Shown: positions 9,271-20,789, numbered from the stretch's first letter. The stretch is DNA of 64,000 bases from Robiginitomaculum sp. (GCA_002733605.1 NVWK01000012.1:16506-80505), one strand, 5' to 3'. Numbers and translations: made by a program. The notes: generated by a model not told the origin, from the sequence alone.

Positions 9271-10848
9271 TTAAGCGAGTTTTTGTTGTTCGAGATTGGA
9301 ATCGTTATCTAGCCATGAGCTAAGAAGCTCTGCTGCTTCGTTCGGGTTGTCCATAGTGATTTGCTTTAGCAAGTCAACTGGATCTTGAGCCGCGCCCATC
9401 TCTACTCCCATAGCAGGGTAACCACCCTCGGCAGCCGCTTGAATCGCTCCTGTAGGCATTAATTCCATAGGCAACAAACCGCCGCCTTCTTGTGCTGAAT
9501 CAGACGGCGTAAACAGAGGCCTCACAACGAACATGCCCAAAATCAAAGTAATCATGCCTAAAAACCCTGCCTGCACCATGCTCCACAGATATTGCTCAAG
9601 GAATTGCTGGAAGAGACCGGGCGCTTCAACACCACCGGTCAAATCAGGGGTTTCAAACGGGAAACTTTTTAACGTGAGCACATCGCCCTGCTCCGCATTG
9701 ATCCCCGCAGCCGCCAAAGCCAATTCCTGTAAGGCTGCCATCTCTTCGGCGCTACGCGGCTGAGAGGTTGCGACCCCGTTGGCATCGACAATGGTCAAAT
9801 CATTGACCAAAATTGCAACGGTCATACGTTTGATCGCTCCGGGCAAAATTTCTGTATTGCGCACCAGTTCGGATAATTCATACTGGATGCTTTCCGATGT
9901 TTCACCCCGACTGGCATTACTGGTTGTGCCTTGCGAAGCATCCCCTTCAGGCAAAGAACTGGCAACGGTCACAGCCCCACCCCGACCATTACTTGTATCG
10001 GTAACTTCAGTAACGGTTTGGGATTTCACCACACGCCCTGCAGGATCAAATGTCCGCTCGACCAGTGTTTCGTGTGTACGGTCGATATCGAGGTACACAC
10101 TGACCCGTGCATTCCCACTTCCAACCCGCGCTTCCAATATGGACAGGAGGTTTTCTTTGATTACCGAAGCCCGATGCAGCCCATCTGTACTGCCACGCCC
10201 CAACATTTCTGAGCTTCCCGGCCCAGCAACAATGCCTGCACGGGCGTCAATAACAACGACATCCGTGGGCGAAAGCCCTGCGACAGCCAATGCTGTTAAA
10301 TACTGAATTGCTTTAGCCGTCTGCGCATCCGTTCCACTTGCTGTCCTGACGGTTACAGACGCAGACTGTGCAGATGGCGTAGAAGAGAAACTGGCACGCT
10401 TTGCCGTTCCCAAATGCACACGGGCCATACTGACATTGGGAAGCCCCAGGATTGTGCGACCAAGCTCGCCCTCTTTGGCGCGCCAATAGGCCGTATTAAA
10501 CATATCCGATGTCATGGCGAAACTGTTGACATTGTCAAACAATTCATACCCCGCCATGCTTTGGCGCGGCAACCCGTCTTTGGCAAGTTCCATCCGAAGG
10601 GAGTCACGACGTCCCGCTTCGGCATAAATTGCAGACCCACGCACCTCGAAGACGACACCTTTAGCCGCAAGCTCAGCCACGACTTCACCCGCGACTTGGC
10701 CCTCCAGCCCAGAATAAAGCAAATCCAGCTTTGGCTCCATGGTCTTTTGGGCCAGGAATGAAAAGGCAATAATCGTTGCAAAAACTGACACAACAGCAAC
10801 AAGCTGTTTCTGCCATGTTAAAGATTTAAACGCCGCAAACGCATTCAT
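9271..10848 (-). CDS. fliF: flagellar MS-ring protein FliF
   Basis: 525 aa. N-terminal TM, a YscJ/FliF-type periplasmic domain (LDLLYSGLEGQVAGEVVAELAAKGVVFEV), and a second TM near the C-terminus. Confidence 0.9.
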   Translation of the reverse strand: MNAFAAFKSLTWQKQLVAVVSVFATIIAFSFLAQKTMEPKLDLLYSGLEGQVAGEVVAELAAKGVVFEVRGSAIYAEAGRRDSLRMELAKDGLPRQSMAGYELFDNVNSFAMTSDMFNTAYWRAKEGELGRTILGLPNVSMARVHLGTAKRASFSSTPSAQSASVTVRTASGTDAQTAKAIQYLTALAVAGLSPTDVVVIDARAGIVAGPGSSEMLGRGSTDGLHRASVIKENLLSILEARVGSGNARVSVYLDIDRTHETLVERTFDPAGRVVKSQTVTEVTDTSNGRGGAVTVASSLPEGDASQGTTSNASRGETSESIQYELSELVRNTEILPGAIKRMTVAILVNDLTIVDANGVATSQPRSAEEMAALQELALAAAGINAEQGDVLTLKSFPFETPDLTGGVEAPGLFQQFLEQYLWSMVQAGFLGMITLILGMFVVRPLFTPSDSAQEGGGLLPMELMPTGAIQAAAEGGYPAMGVEMGAAQDPVDLLKQITMDNPNEAAELLSSWLDNDSNLEQQKLA

Positions 10849-11001
10849 GCGTATCTCTCTCCCATTCCTTGGTACAAATCACAGTCGTCCTGACTATGTT
10901 TTTGATTAGTTAAAAGTTCTTAACAAAGTATTTACCATAACTGGTTTACGGACAGTTAATTGCTATTATAGGCATGTTTGTTCAAGTGGCAGGAAGCCTT
11001 A

Positions 11002-11520
11002 ATGAAAAAACCCAAAAAAAACCCAAAAGGCGATGCCGCTAAAGGCGGTGCAGATGGCGCAAAAAAAGGCGGCATGGTCGGCAAGCTCGCGCTTGTCGTG
11101 GCTATGGGCGCAACATCTTTTTGCACCGTATTTTTCCTCCCAAAGGAAGATACTGTTACGCCCGAACATGTCGAGGCCGGCGAACATGACGTTCCTGCCG
11201 TAGAAGAGCTTCCACCTGAACCGATTGTAACAGCGTTCCTGGATATGGAATCCTTTACCGTGTCCTTAAAAGGCCGCAGGCGCATCCTTCGTCTGGGCGT
11301 CGCGCTCGAAGCCCCCGAAGATATGGTCGAATTTATTGACCCTAATGACCCACAGCTTCGCGATGCTTTTATGGGGTATCTAAGTGCGATCGACATTGCA
11401 CAAGTTGAAGACGCTGCGTTTTTGGTGCGTCTACGTTCGCAACTGACCCGACGTGCCAAATTTGTTCTCGGTGACGCCAATGTCCAGAATGTGCTTATTA
11501 CAGACTTTCTGGTGCGGTAA
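11002..11520 (+). CDS. fliL: flagellar basal-body-associated protein FliL
   Basis: Lys-rich N-terminus, a single TM, and a FliL-like core (FLDMESFTVSLKGRRRILRLGVALE...LRSQLTRRAKFVLG...VQNVLITDFLV). ATG at 11002 is preceded by AGGAAG. The track start at 10978 is less likely. Confidence 0.8.
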   Translation: MKKPKKNPKGDAAKGGADGAKKGGMVGKLALVVAMGATSFCTVFFLPKEDTVTPEHVEAGEHDVPAVEELPPEPIVTAFLDMESFTVSLKGRRRILRLGVALEAPEDMVEFIDPNDPQLRDAFMGYLSAIDIAQVEDAAFLVRLRSQLTRRAKFVLGDANVQNVLITDFLVR

Positions 11521-12045
11521 ATGCCCAATGCGATGACCAACATATTAACTCCGGATCATATTTTTGATCTTGTCTTGATATTCATTTCAGGCACGGCTGC
11601 ATTCTATTGCTGGCTTCTGAGCCGCCGATTGAAGGGCCTACAAGACCTTGAGAGCGGGCTGGGCGCCTCTATTGTCTCACTCACAAACGCCATTGCGAAA
11701 ACCAATCAGGCGGCGTTTGAAGCGCGGGAATCCACTGTTGCTACGGTGAGAACCCTGAAAGATTTATTGCGCAGCACCGAAGCCACGCTTCCCCTCGTGG
11801 AAGCAAGGTTGGAAAGCCTAAGGCACAGTCAGCGCTCGGCACAAAACAAACATGACGAGTTGGATGCGATTTTGAAACGATCTGTTGACCCGGCGCTTAA
11901 AAACGCCCGCGCAACCTCTGAATCCCTCCTGCAAATCATCAAGGAAGTGAAGAAGTTTGAAGCGGAAACGCTTGCCAAGACCAAACCTAAAACCAAAAGC
12001 AAGGCTAAGAACAAGACCAAGCCTAAAAAAGGAAATCCCACATGA
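11521..12045 (+). CDS. hypothetical membrane-anchored coiled-coil protein in the flagellar operon
   Basis: The start abuts the fliL stop (TAAATG) and the stop overlaps the next ORF as ATGA. It has an N-terminal TM (LVLIFISGTAAFYCWLL), a helical body and a Lys-rich tail (KTKPKTKSKAKNKTKPKK). No family recognised. Confidence 0.6.
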   Translation: MPNAMTNILTPDHIFDLVLIFISGTAAFYCWLLSRRLKGLQDLESGLGASIVSLTNAIAKTNQAAFEARESTVATVRTLKDLLRSTEATLPLVEARLESLRHSQRSAQNKHDELDAILKRSVDPALKNARATSESLLQIIKEVKKFEAETLAKTKPKTKSKAKNKTKPKKGNPT

Positions 12046-12647
12046 AAACACGTGTCCTTCCCGTACTCGGCCTTCTGTTTGCAATCACCCTCGTCAGCCG
12101 CACTGTGGCTCTGTCTAGCGAGGTGAATGTAGATCAAAAATCGCCGGCGGCCACGGCCCATGTAGAGAAAAGCGCGGAACATGCGCAGACCGATCTCACA
12201 CCGGACACCGCACAACAACTATGTGTTACCGGCGAGGTGTTAGAGACAATTAACAACAAAATGGAGCGGTTAAAGTTACGCGAAACGGAAATTTCCGAAC
12301 AGGAAACCGCTTTTGCAGCTATTGAGCAACGCTTGAAGAAACAACTTGCCGTCGTTGAAACTGCAAAAAATGCACTCGCCAAAGAGATAAATGAGCGCAC
12401 AGAATTGGCAAAAAACGATATCGTGCATCTCACAACCATGTATGAAATCATGAAACCCAAAAAAGCCGCCGTTATCTTTGATAGAATGGATTCAAAATTT
12501 GCTGCCGGTTTCTTGCGCGAGATGAAAAGTGCACAAGCCGGGCAAATCCTCGCAGCTATGGACGCCACCAAGGCTTATGAAATCAGCCTTGTTATTGCCA
12601 GCCGCCACGCTAAATACCGGCCTCGCAAAAGCCCGACGCTTCCTTAA
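12042..12647 (+). CDS. MotE-like / MgtE-N-like flagellar accessory protein
   Basis: Signal peptide, a coiled-coil, and a C-terminal block (MYEIMKPKKAAVIFDRMDSKFAAGFLREMKSAQAGQILAAMD) resembling MotE/FlbB-type MgtE_N-like domains. Translationally coupled within the fliL operon. Confidence 0.6.
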   Translation: MKTRVLPVLGLLFAITLVSRTVALSSEVNVDQKSPAATAHVEKSAEHAQTDLTPDTAQQLCVTGEVLETINNKMERLKLRETEISEQETAFAAIEQRLKKQLAVVETAKNALAKEINERTELAKNDIVHLTTMYEIMKPKKAAVIFDRMDSKFAAGFLREMKSAQAGQILAAMDATKAYEISLVIASRHAKYRPRKSPTLP

Positions 12648-12734
12648 ACACCAGTCGGGCTTAAACACCATTCTGGATTCGGATCGACGCATGTTGGCCG
12701 AGCATCTATACACCTGAACAAATCTCAATTTCAG

Positions 12735-12753
12735 GAAAGCCTTTGGCTTTTTT
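12735..12753 (+). terminator. weak intrinsic terminator candidate after the fliL operon
   Basis: GAAAGCC-TTT-GGCTTTT hairpin running into a T tract. The stem is short. Confidence 0.35.
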
Positions 12754-12803
12754 AAGGTTTGAGTTAGTGTTTTCCCAACACACATATTTATCAGGAGATT
12801 CCC

Positions 12804-13667
12804 GTGAAACACGCCCTTATTTTGGCAGCTTTATTGACCGCAGCCTGCAATAATTCAACTCCGTCCACAGACACCAGCGCACCAAGCGAAACCGAAGCCG
12901 CATCTGTGAAGCTCTACGTGTTGGAATGTGGACGCATTAATATGCTTGATCTAGGCATTTTTGCCAGTAATGGCGCCTTTGACGGGCGTACCAACGAGGC
13001 CGTCTCCAGTTGCTATCTTATCCGTCATCCCAAGGGTGATCTTTTATGGGATACGGGCATGCCCGATGCGCTTAACGCCATGAAAGACGGGCTTACGAAC
13101 GGCCCGTTTCATGTCTCGGTTCCCCATACGCTTTCAGGACAACTTGCAGATATCGGGATCAGTGCCACGGATCTCGACTATTTATCCATCTCTCACAGCC
13201 ATTTTGACCATGCGGGCAATGCAGGCACCTATGCGAGTGCAACCTTCATCGTCTCGGAAGCCGAACTGGCCCATATGTTCAGGGATGAAGCCCGGGCCGA
13301 TGCCCAAAGCTTTGCGGCCTATAGCGCCCTTGAAACATCTAAAAAAATTACTTTTAACGGTGAACATGATGTTTTCGGGGATGGCAGTGTGATGATTATC
13401 GAAACCCCCGGGCATACACCCGGACACACGATCTTGAAGCTGGAGCTTGCGCATACAGGCACTGTGTTACTGAGCGGTGATTTATATCATCTCAACGAAT
13501 CGCGAGAACTACGTACCGTGCCCGTCTTTAACACGGACGAGCCGGAAACCTTGCGGTCTATGGACGTATTTGAAGCCCTTGCCGAAGAGACAAATGCTAA
13601 AGTCATCATTCAGCATTCTGCTCAGGATTTCGAAGCTTTACCGAAACCACCAGAATATATGGATTAA
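12804..13667 (+). CDS. MBL-fold metallo-hydrolase, N-acyl-homoserine-lactonase-like, lipoprotein
   Basis: GTG start preceded by AGGAGA. Lipobox LLTAAC. HSHFDHAGN (HxHxDH) and PGHTPGH motifs, then LLSGDLYH. The overall pattern matches AiiA-like lactonases. Confidence 0.7.
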   Translation: MKHALILAALLTAACNNSTPSTDTSAPSETEAASVKLYVLECGRINMLDLGIFASNGAFDGRTNEAVSSCYLIRHPKGDLLWDTGMPDALNAMKDGLTNGPFHVSVPHTLSGQLADIGISATDLDYLSISHSHFDHAGNAGTYASATFIVSEAELAHMFRDEARADAQSFAAYSALETSKKITFNGEHDVFGDGSVMIIETPGHTPGHTILKLELAHTGTVLLSGDLYHLNESRELRTVPVFNTDEPETLRSMDVFEALAEETNAKVIIQHSAQDFEALPKPPEYMD

Positions 13668-13803
13668 TCCGCAAGCGTTTAACGGGGCCTCTGCCTACGC
13701 TAGGGTTTTTGAAACAGGCGAAACACCTGACATAAAACTCTAGGCAAATGTCAAAACCCCGTATAGAAGGCGCGTATAAATGTTAACCCGAATGGAGTTC
13801 AAG

Positions 13804-14727
13804 ATGAGCTATTGCGTTGCCGCTCTATATCATTTCACAACTTTGAAAGATTATACGGCTTTGAAGGCCCCTCTCCAAGACATGTGTGAGCTGCTCGCCA
13901 TCAAGGGGACTTTGTTGTTGGCGAACGAAGGCATAAATGGCACGATTGCCGGCAGTGACGAAGCCATTGCTGACATTCTCGCCTTCCTGCGCGCAGACCC
14001 GCGCCTCGCGCATCTGGATCACAAAGAATCCCGAGCCGATACCATGCCGTTCTACCGTATGAAAGTCCGGTTGAAGAAGGAAATCGTCACGATGGGCGTC
14101 GCCGGTGTCGACCCTAACAAAATTGTTGGCACCTATGTTGACCCCAAAGACTGGAATGCCCTGATCACAGACCCAGACACAATTCTGATCGACACCCGCA
14201 ATGATTACGAGGTCGAAATCGGGACGTTTAAAGGCGCGGTCAATCCACAAACCGATACTTTTCGTGATTTTCCGGCCTGGGTTGATGATAATAAGCAACT
14301 CCTCGCCAAGCCCAAAGTCGCCATGTTTTGCACGGGCGGTATTCGTTGCGAAAAGGCGAGCGCTTTTATGAAATCCAAGGGCTATGACGAAGTTTACCAC
14401 CTAAAGGGCGGGATTTTGAAATACCTCGAAACCATACCGGAAGCCGAAAGCACATGGGAAGGCGAGTGTTTTGTTTTTGACCAACGCGTTGCCGTAGCCC
14501 ACGGGCTTAAGCAAGGTGAATATGATCAATGTTTTGCCTGTCGTTATCCAATTACAGAGGCTGAAAAACAATCGCATCTGTATGTGAAGGGTGTCGCGTG
14601 CCCGCGCTGTCACAATAAAATGAGTGATGCGCAGCGCGCCCGCTTTGCAGAACGTCAAAAGCAAATCGCATTGGCGAAAAAACGCGGTGAAATTCATATG
14701 GGACGGAAAGAAACCGTTTCAGGTTAA
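13804..14727 (+). CDS. trhO: rhodanese-domain tRNA uridine(34) hydroxylase TrhO (UPF0176/YceA family)
   Basis: [11 protein letters not shown]... N-terminus, a rhodanese active-site loop ([11 protein letters not shown]), and a C-terminal Cys cluster (CFACRYP...CPRCH). ATG 13804 is preceded by GGAG. Confidence 0.8.
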   Translation: MSYCVAALYHFTTLKDYTALKAPLQDMCELLAIKGTLLLANEGINGTIAGSDEAIADILAFLRADPRLAHLDHKESRADTMPFYRMKVRLKKEIVTMGVAGVDPNKIVGTYVDPKDWNALITDPDTILIDTRNDYEVEIGTFKGAVNPQTDTFRDFPAWVDDNKQLLAKPKVAMFCTGGIRCEKASAFMKSKGYDEVYHLKGGILKYLETIPEAESTWEGECFVFDQRVAVAHGLKQGEYDQCFACRYPITEAEKQSHLYVKGVACPRCHNKMSDAQRARFAERQKQIALAKKRGEIHMGRKETVSG

Positions 14728-15359
14728 TGCCAATTTTGTATTCCTTTCGACGCTGTCCCTATGCCATGCGGGCCCGTATGGCCTTGCGGGTGAGCGGCGT
14801 AGACTATGAACATCGCGAGATTTTACTGCGCGATAAGCCACACGAAATGCTGGATGTATCGACCAAAGGCACGGTGCCCGTTCTTGTGCTGGATGATGAT
14901 CGCGTGCTGGACGAAAGCTTTGACATCATGCTCTGGGCGCTTGGGCATAATGACCCGCAAGGCTGGTTATCACCGGGTTTGGATACCATGCTCCCCATGA
15001 TTGACACAATTACCGGAGATTTCAAAACCCATCTTGACCGGTATAAATATGCGAGCCGCTATAATGCGGACACAACACGGGGCAGTGTTGATCTGTCCCA
15101 TCGTGAGCAGGCCTGCGCGGTTCTGGAGGCATACGAACAGCGCCTTTCGAAAACCTCCTATCTTATGGGCAGTGCCCCAAGCCTCGCAGATTATGCGATT
15201 TTCCCGTTCATACGACAGTTTGCCAATGTCGAGCGCGATTGGTGGGACACGCCGCGATTCCCAGTGCTACATGCGTGGTTGGAAGGTTTTCTCGACACGG
15301 ATATCTTTAAGCATGTCATGCAAAAACATCCGGTTTGGCAGGCAAACCCGTCGCTCTAG
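14727..15359 (+). CDS. glutathione S-transferase family protein
   Basis: Thioredoxin-like N-terminus (ILYSFRRCPYAMRARMAL...GTVPVLVLDD) and a helical C-terminal domain. The start overlaps the trhO stop (TAATG). Confidence 0.8.
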   Translation: MPILYSFRRCPYAMRARMALRVSGVDYEHREILLRDKPHEMLDVSTKGTVPVLVLDDDRVLDESFDIMLWALGHNDPQGWLSPGLDTMLPMIDTITGDFKTHLDRYKYASRYNADTTRGSVDLSHREQACAVLEAYEQRLSKTSYLMGSAPSLADYAIFPFIRQFANVERDWWDTPRFPVLHAWLEGFLDTDIFKHVMQKHPVWQANPSL

Positions 15360-15361
15360 AG

Positions 15362-15703
15362 CTATTTCGGCGGTAAACTAGCGGTAAATTCCAATGCCAT
15401 TGACAGCACTTTTCCCCGCGTCTCGTCATCTTCCAACAGTGCGCCGACGCATTCGACCAAACCTTTCATAGGACGGCCGGTGAAGGTCAACTCGCCAATG
15501 CCGTCAATCTGCATCGCCGCCTGATAGCTCTCGGGGCCAACCCGGAACATCGCCCCATCCTGCCCGTCTTTATGATGCACACCGCACAGCATGTGCCCGT
15601 TATTCATAAAGCACAGCCCCCCGAACATTTTCTTTTCGATAACAGACGCATATTCCGCGAGATCATCGCGGAATATTTGTGCTAGTCCTTCATCATACGC
15701 CAC
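15362..15703 (-). CDS. TfoX/Sxy N-terminal domain protein
   Basis: 113 aa. The KKMFGGLCFMNNGHMLCGV pattern is typical of the TfoX_N domain. Confidence 0.7.
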   Translation of the reverse strand: MAYDEGLAQIFRDDLAEYASVIEKKMFGGLCFMNNGHMLCGVHHKDGQDGAMFRVGPESYQAAMQIDGIGELTFTGRPMKGLVECVGALLEDDETRGKVLSMALEFTASLPPK

Positions 15704-15705
15704 GG

Positions 15706-16122
15706 CTAGAACAGGTTTAAGACTGCGCGCACGGCCAGCACCATGAGACAGAGAGAGCCCAGCCCAAACAAGCCGAAACGCACCAACACCTTGTTGATCG
15801 TCACCTGCACAAGGCTATGGACGACCCGAATACCGACATATCCCCACGCCAATGCCAGATTAAATGTGTCCGTTTGCTGGGTCATAAATAAATAGGCCAT
15901 GAGGGCGTAAAACAGCACGGGTTGTTCGTGCAAATGGTTATAATTATCCGCCACCCAGCGAGCCTTCTCGGGAATTTGTTCGCCCAATTTCGGGTTGCGA
16001 ATGAACTCTTGCGTATCCTTACTAATCGCATTCATCGCAGGTATGCGGCGCTTATACATCCATAAAAACATCACAAATGTCCAAACGATAAGTGCCAGCA
16101 TTGGCGTCAAAAAATCTTGCAT
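15706..16122 (-). CDS. MAPEG-family membrane protein
   Basis: 138 aa with 3-4 TM helices. The internal NHLHEQPVLFY motif resembles the MAPEG family. Confidence 0.6.
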   Translation of the reverse strand: MQDFLTPMLALIVWTFVMFLWMYKRRIPAMNAISKDTQEFIRNPKLGEQIPEKARWVADNYNHLHEQPVLFYALMAYLFMTQQTDTFNLALAWGYVGIRVVHSLVQVTINKVLVRFGLFGLGSLCLMVLAVRAVLNLF

Positions 16123-16192
16123 AGTTTTTCTCCCTTTAGAACGGTATTGAACGCAGTCTTAGCGAGATTGTCAAGGTGGAGAAGGCCTTTGA

Positions 16193-16624
16193 TTAAGCCC
16201 ATGCGGGACAATGCGACACACCCTCAAACGCACGCTTTAATCTCTGCACACGCTCCAATATTTGATGCTCCGTAAGCGGCGTTAAGGGCTGTACACCCCA
16301 GACCGGAGCGGGCCATGCAGGATCAGAGGGGGCGCGGACAATATGGTGGATATGCAGTTGTGGCACCATATTACCAAGCGCCGCCACATTCATTTTTGTG
16401 CCCACAAACGCTGTCATTAAGGCAGCACACAATGCCCTGCTCTCGCGCAACACTTGCATATGTGTTTGCTCATCCAACTCATGCGCATCTTTTATGTTGG
16501 CCACTCTTGGCACCAAGACAAACCAGGGATAGGCAACGTCCTTAATCATCAAAAGTTTCGAGATTTCAAAATCCCCAAGATCAAGACCATCTTTTGCGAG
16601 TTGTGGGTGAAGGGTGAATGTCAT
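16193..16624 (-). CDS. HIT (histidine triad) family protein
   Basis: Histidine-triad motif HLHIHHIV. 143 aa. Confidence 0.85.
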   Translation of the reverse strand: MTFTLHPQLAKDGLDLGDFEISKLLMIKDVAYPWFVLVPRVANIKDAHELDEQTHMQVLRESRALCAALMTAFVGTKMNVAALGNMVPQLHIHHIVRAPSDPAWPAPVWGVQPLTPLTEHQILERVQRLKRAFEGVSHCPAWA

Positions 16625-16702
16625 AAGGGGAGTTTAGGAAGGTTTTAAGGATTTAGGAAGCTCTGATATTGTCAATTTCAGAGTAGGAAGGTCGGGTAGG
16701 GT

Positions 16703-17026
16703 TTAGACATATGCCTTTGGAATATACATATGCGAGGAGTCATATATCTGCTCTTCTGTCAGCCCGTCATATAAATCCAGCCAATCCGGATTTGAGGTTT
16801 CGATCAACTGTAATTTCCAAACGCGGTTCCATTTTTTGGTTTGCCGTTCACGCTGGAAAGCCCCCTCTCGCGTTTCATGTGTTTCAAACCAGACAAGCCG
16901 ATCGCAGCTATACTTGGACGTAAACCCTTTGTACGCTTTTTGCTTATGCTCCCAGATACGCCCACTCAAATCATCCGTATGCCCGATATAGAGCGTACCA
17001 TTCCTATTATTCGTCACAATATACAC
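16703..17026 (-). CDS. GIY-YIG nuclease family protein
   Basis: MYIVTNNRNGTLYIGHTDDLSGRIWEHKQ... is the GIY-(x)-YIG motif plus a conserved R/E. 107 aa, small stand-alone form. Confidence 0.85.
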   Translation of the reverse strand: MYIVTNNRNGTLYIGHTDDLSGRIWEHKQKAYKGFTSKYSCDRLVWFETHETREGAFQRERQTKKWNRVWKLQLIETSNPDWLDLYDGLTEEQIYDSSHMYIPKAYV

Positions 17027-17107
17027 AAAGAAGATTTAGTGAACATATGCTAAAATACACATAAACACAACCCTGCTTTCTTTCCCACTCACCCTCCCTC
17101 CACACTC

Positions 17108-17135
17108 CCGCTCATACCCACAAACGTGGGTATCC
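17108..17135 (+). repeat. REP-like hairpin element, copy 1
   Basis: CCGCTCATACCCACAAACGTGGGTATCC, with stem ATACCCAC/GTGGGTAT. Confidence 0.7.
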
Positions 17136-17203
17136 AGTATTTTGGGTGATAAGATGGGAAAGATGATGTTTCGTTCGTCACCCCATGTGCAGATAAAGAC
17201 CTA

Positions 17204-17230
17204 GATCCCCGATGTCTCGGGGATGAGCGG
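17204..17230 (-). repeat. REP-like hairpin element, copy 2 (inverted orientation)
   Basis: The reverse complement reads CCGCTCATCCCCGAGACATCGGGGATC. Same architecture as copies 1 and 3. Confidence 0.7.
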
Positions 17231-17256
17231 GTAGGCAGGGAGAATTATGGAAGAGC

Positions 17257-17388
17257 AAATTACGGGAGGAAAATTGCGGGAGTCGAGAATTACACAAACC
17301 CGAAATTACGCAAACCGAGAATACGGAGGGAAATTACGGGAGTTAAAAATTACACAGGCCGGAAACTACGCAAACCAACCATACCACG
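17257..17388 (+). repeat. tandem repeat, 2 x 60 bp (plus a partial leading copy), built from ~15-bp AATTAC-containing subrepeats
   Basis: 17269-17328 and 17329-17388 align base for base with about a dozen mismatches. AATTAC-like cores start at 17258, 17272, 17288, 17304, 17319, 17332, 17348 and 17364. Confidence 0.8.
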
Positions 17389-17402
17389 CCCCCTCAACAC
17401 CT

Positions 17403-17430
17403 CCGCTCATACCCGCGAAGGCGGGTATCC
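17403..17430 (+). repeat. REP-like hairpin element, copy 3
   Basis: CCGCTCATACCCGCGAAGGCGGGTATCC, with stem ATACCCGC/GCGGGTAT. Confidence 0.7.
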
Positions 17431-17448
17431 ATTGCAGTAGAAGCAATC

Positions 17449-17503
17449 CACTCCCTGCCTCCACAACAGCCTCATCCAAGTAAATCTATCTGCCCGTTTC
17501 CTT
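17449..17503 (-). pseudogene. decayed duplicate of the last ~55 bp of thiC
   Basis: The reverse strand reads AAGGAAACGGGCAGATAGATTTACTTGGATGAGGCTGTTGTGGAGGCAGGGAGT ([17 protein letters not shown]). The real thiC end at 18041-18096 encodes [18 protein letters not shown]. Confidence 0.75.
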
Positions 17504-17510
17504 ATACATG

Positions 17511-18017
17511 TTACTTAAAATCGAGCTCGCATAAAGTTGTTTTACAAAATTCAATCATGTTCTTTCTGATACGCTCTATTCCCTGAGAATCTTCAGGAAA
17601 ATGTTCTGGATAGAAATTCCGAGTATCTATATTCCATGAATTTTGTGGTGTTGGCCTGTATTTCTTAACAATGACAACCTTATTTTCCCCGTCAACATGG
17701 GCAAATCCGTGGACCAAAAAATTTCTTGTAGCAATACACTTGTCAATACTTTCGATTACTACTAATGCATCTTTTTCAAATGGCCGCAGCTCTAAGAAGA
17801 GAGAGAATACTTGTTTGAATTTTTTAATACGTTTTTCCACTGGGTATGGCAATTTTTCAACATTAACGGAGATATTCTCGGATTCATGAAGGATTTGAAG
17901 AAAATCCAAAATCGTATATTCCATTTGCCCAAAGCTCGCAACAAATCCGCCACGGAAAAGATTGAACTCGTTCGCAATTCGTAATGTATATGGAGATTCA
18001 TCCGATACTGTTGGCAC
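17511..18017 (-). CDS. hypothetical protein with an RNxxxH (HEPN-like) motif, in an AT-rich insert
   Basis: 168-aa ORF starting 22 nt after the thiC stop. Visibly AT-rich: I counted 21 G+C in the 70 nt at 17511-17580. Contains IATRNFLVHGFAH, which fits the Rx4-6H/RNxxxH HEPN motif. The family assignment is inference only. Confidence 0.55.
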   Translation of the reverse strand: MPTVSDESPYTLRIANEFNLFRGGFVASFGQMEYTILDFLQILHESENISVNVEKLPYPVEKRIKKFKQVFSLFLELRPFEKDALVVIESIDKCIATRNFLVHGFAHVDGENKVVIVKKYRPTPQNSWNIDTRNFYPEHFPEDSQGIERIRKNMIEFCKTTLCELDFK

Positions 18018-18039
18018 TTATCATCCTCATTCGACCTCC

Positions 18040-20785
<2,746 letters not shown>

Positions 20786-20789
20786 ATTT

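Noticed and set aside
10906-10925. CtrA-like site in the divergent fliF/fliL spacer (TTAAAAGTTCTTAAC).
   Set aside because: Counting the bases gives TTAA-N6-TTAAC, one nucleotide short of the canonical N7 spacing. I do not call it a CtrA box.
10956-11543. 195-aa minus-strand ORF covering fliL.
   Set aside because: It is antisense to a well-supported fliL with a good SD and start. The sequence is Ser/Arg/Ala-rich shadow.
17247-17483. 78-aa ORF (MEEQITGGKLRESRITQTRNYANREYGGKLRELKITQAGNYANQPY...).
   Set aside because: Its internal 20-aa repeat is simply the translation of the 60-bp tandem DNA repeat, and its tail (IPAKAGIH) is the translated REP hairpin. There is no start context. I treat it as non-coding repeat DNA.
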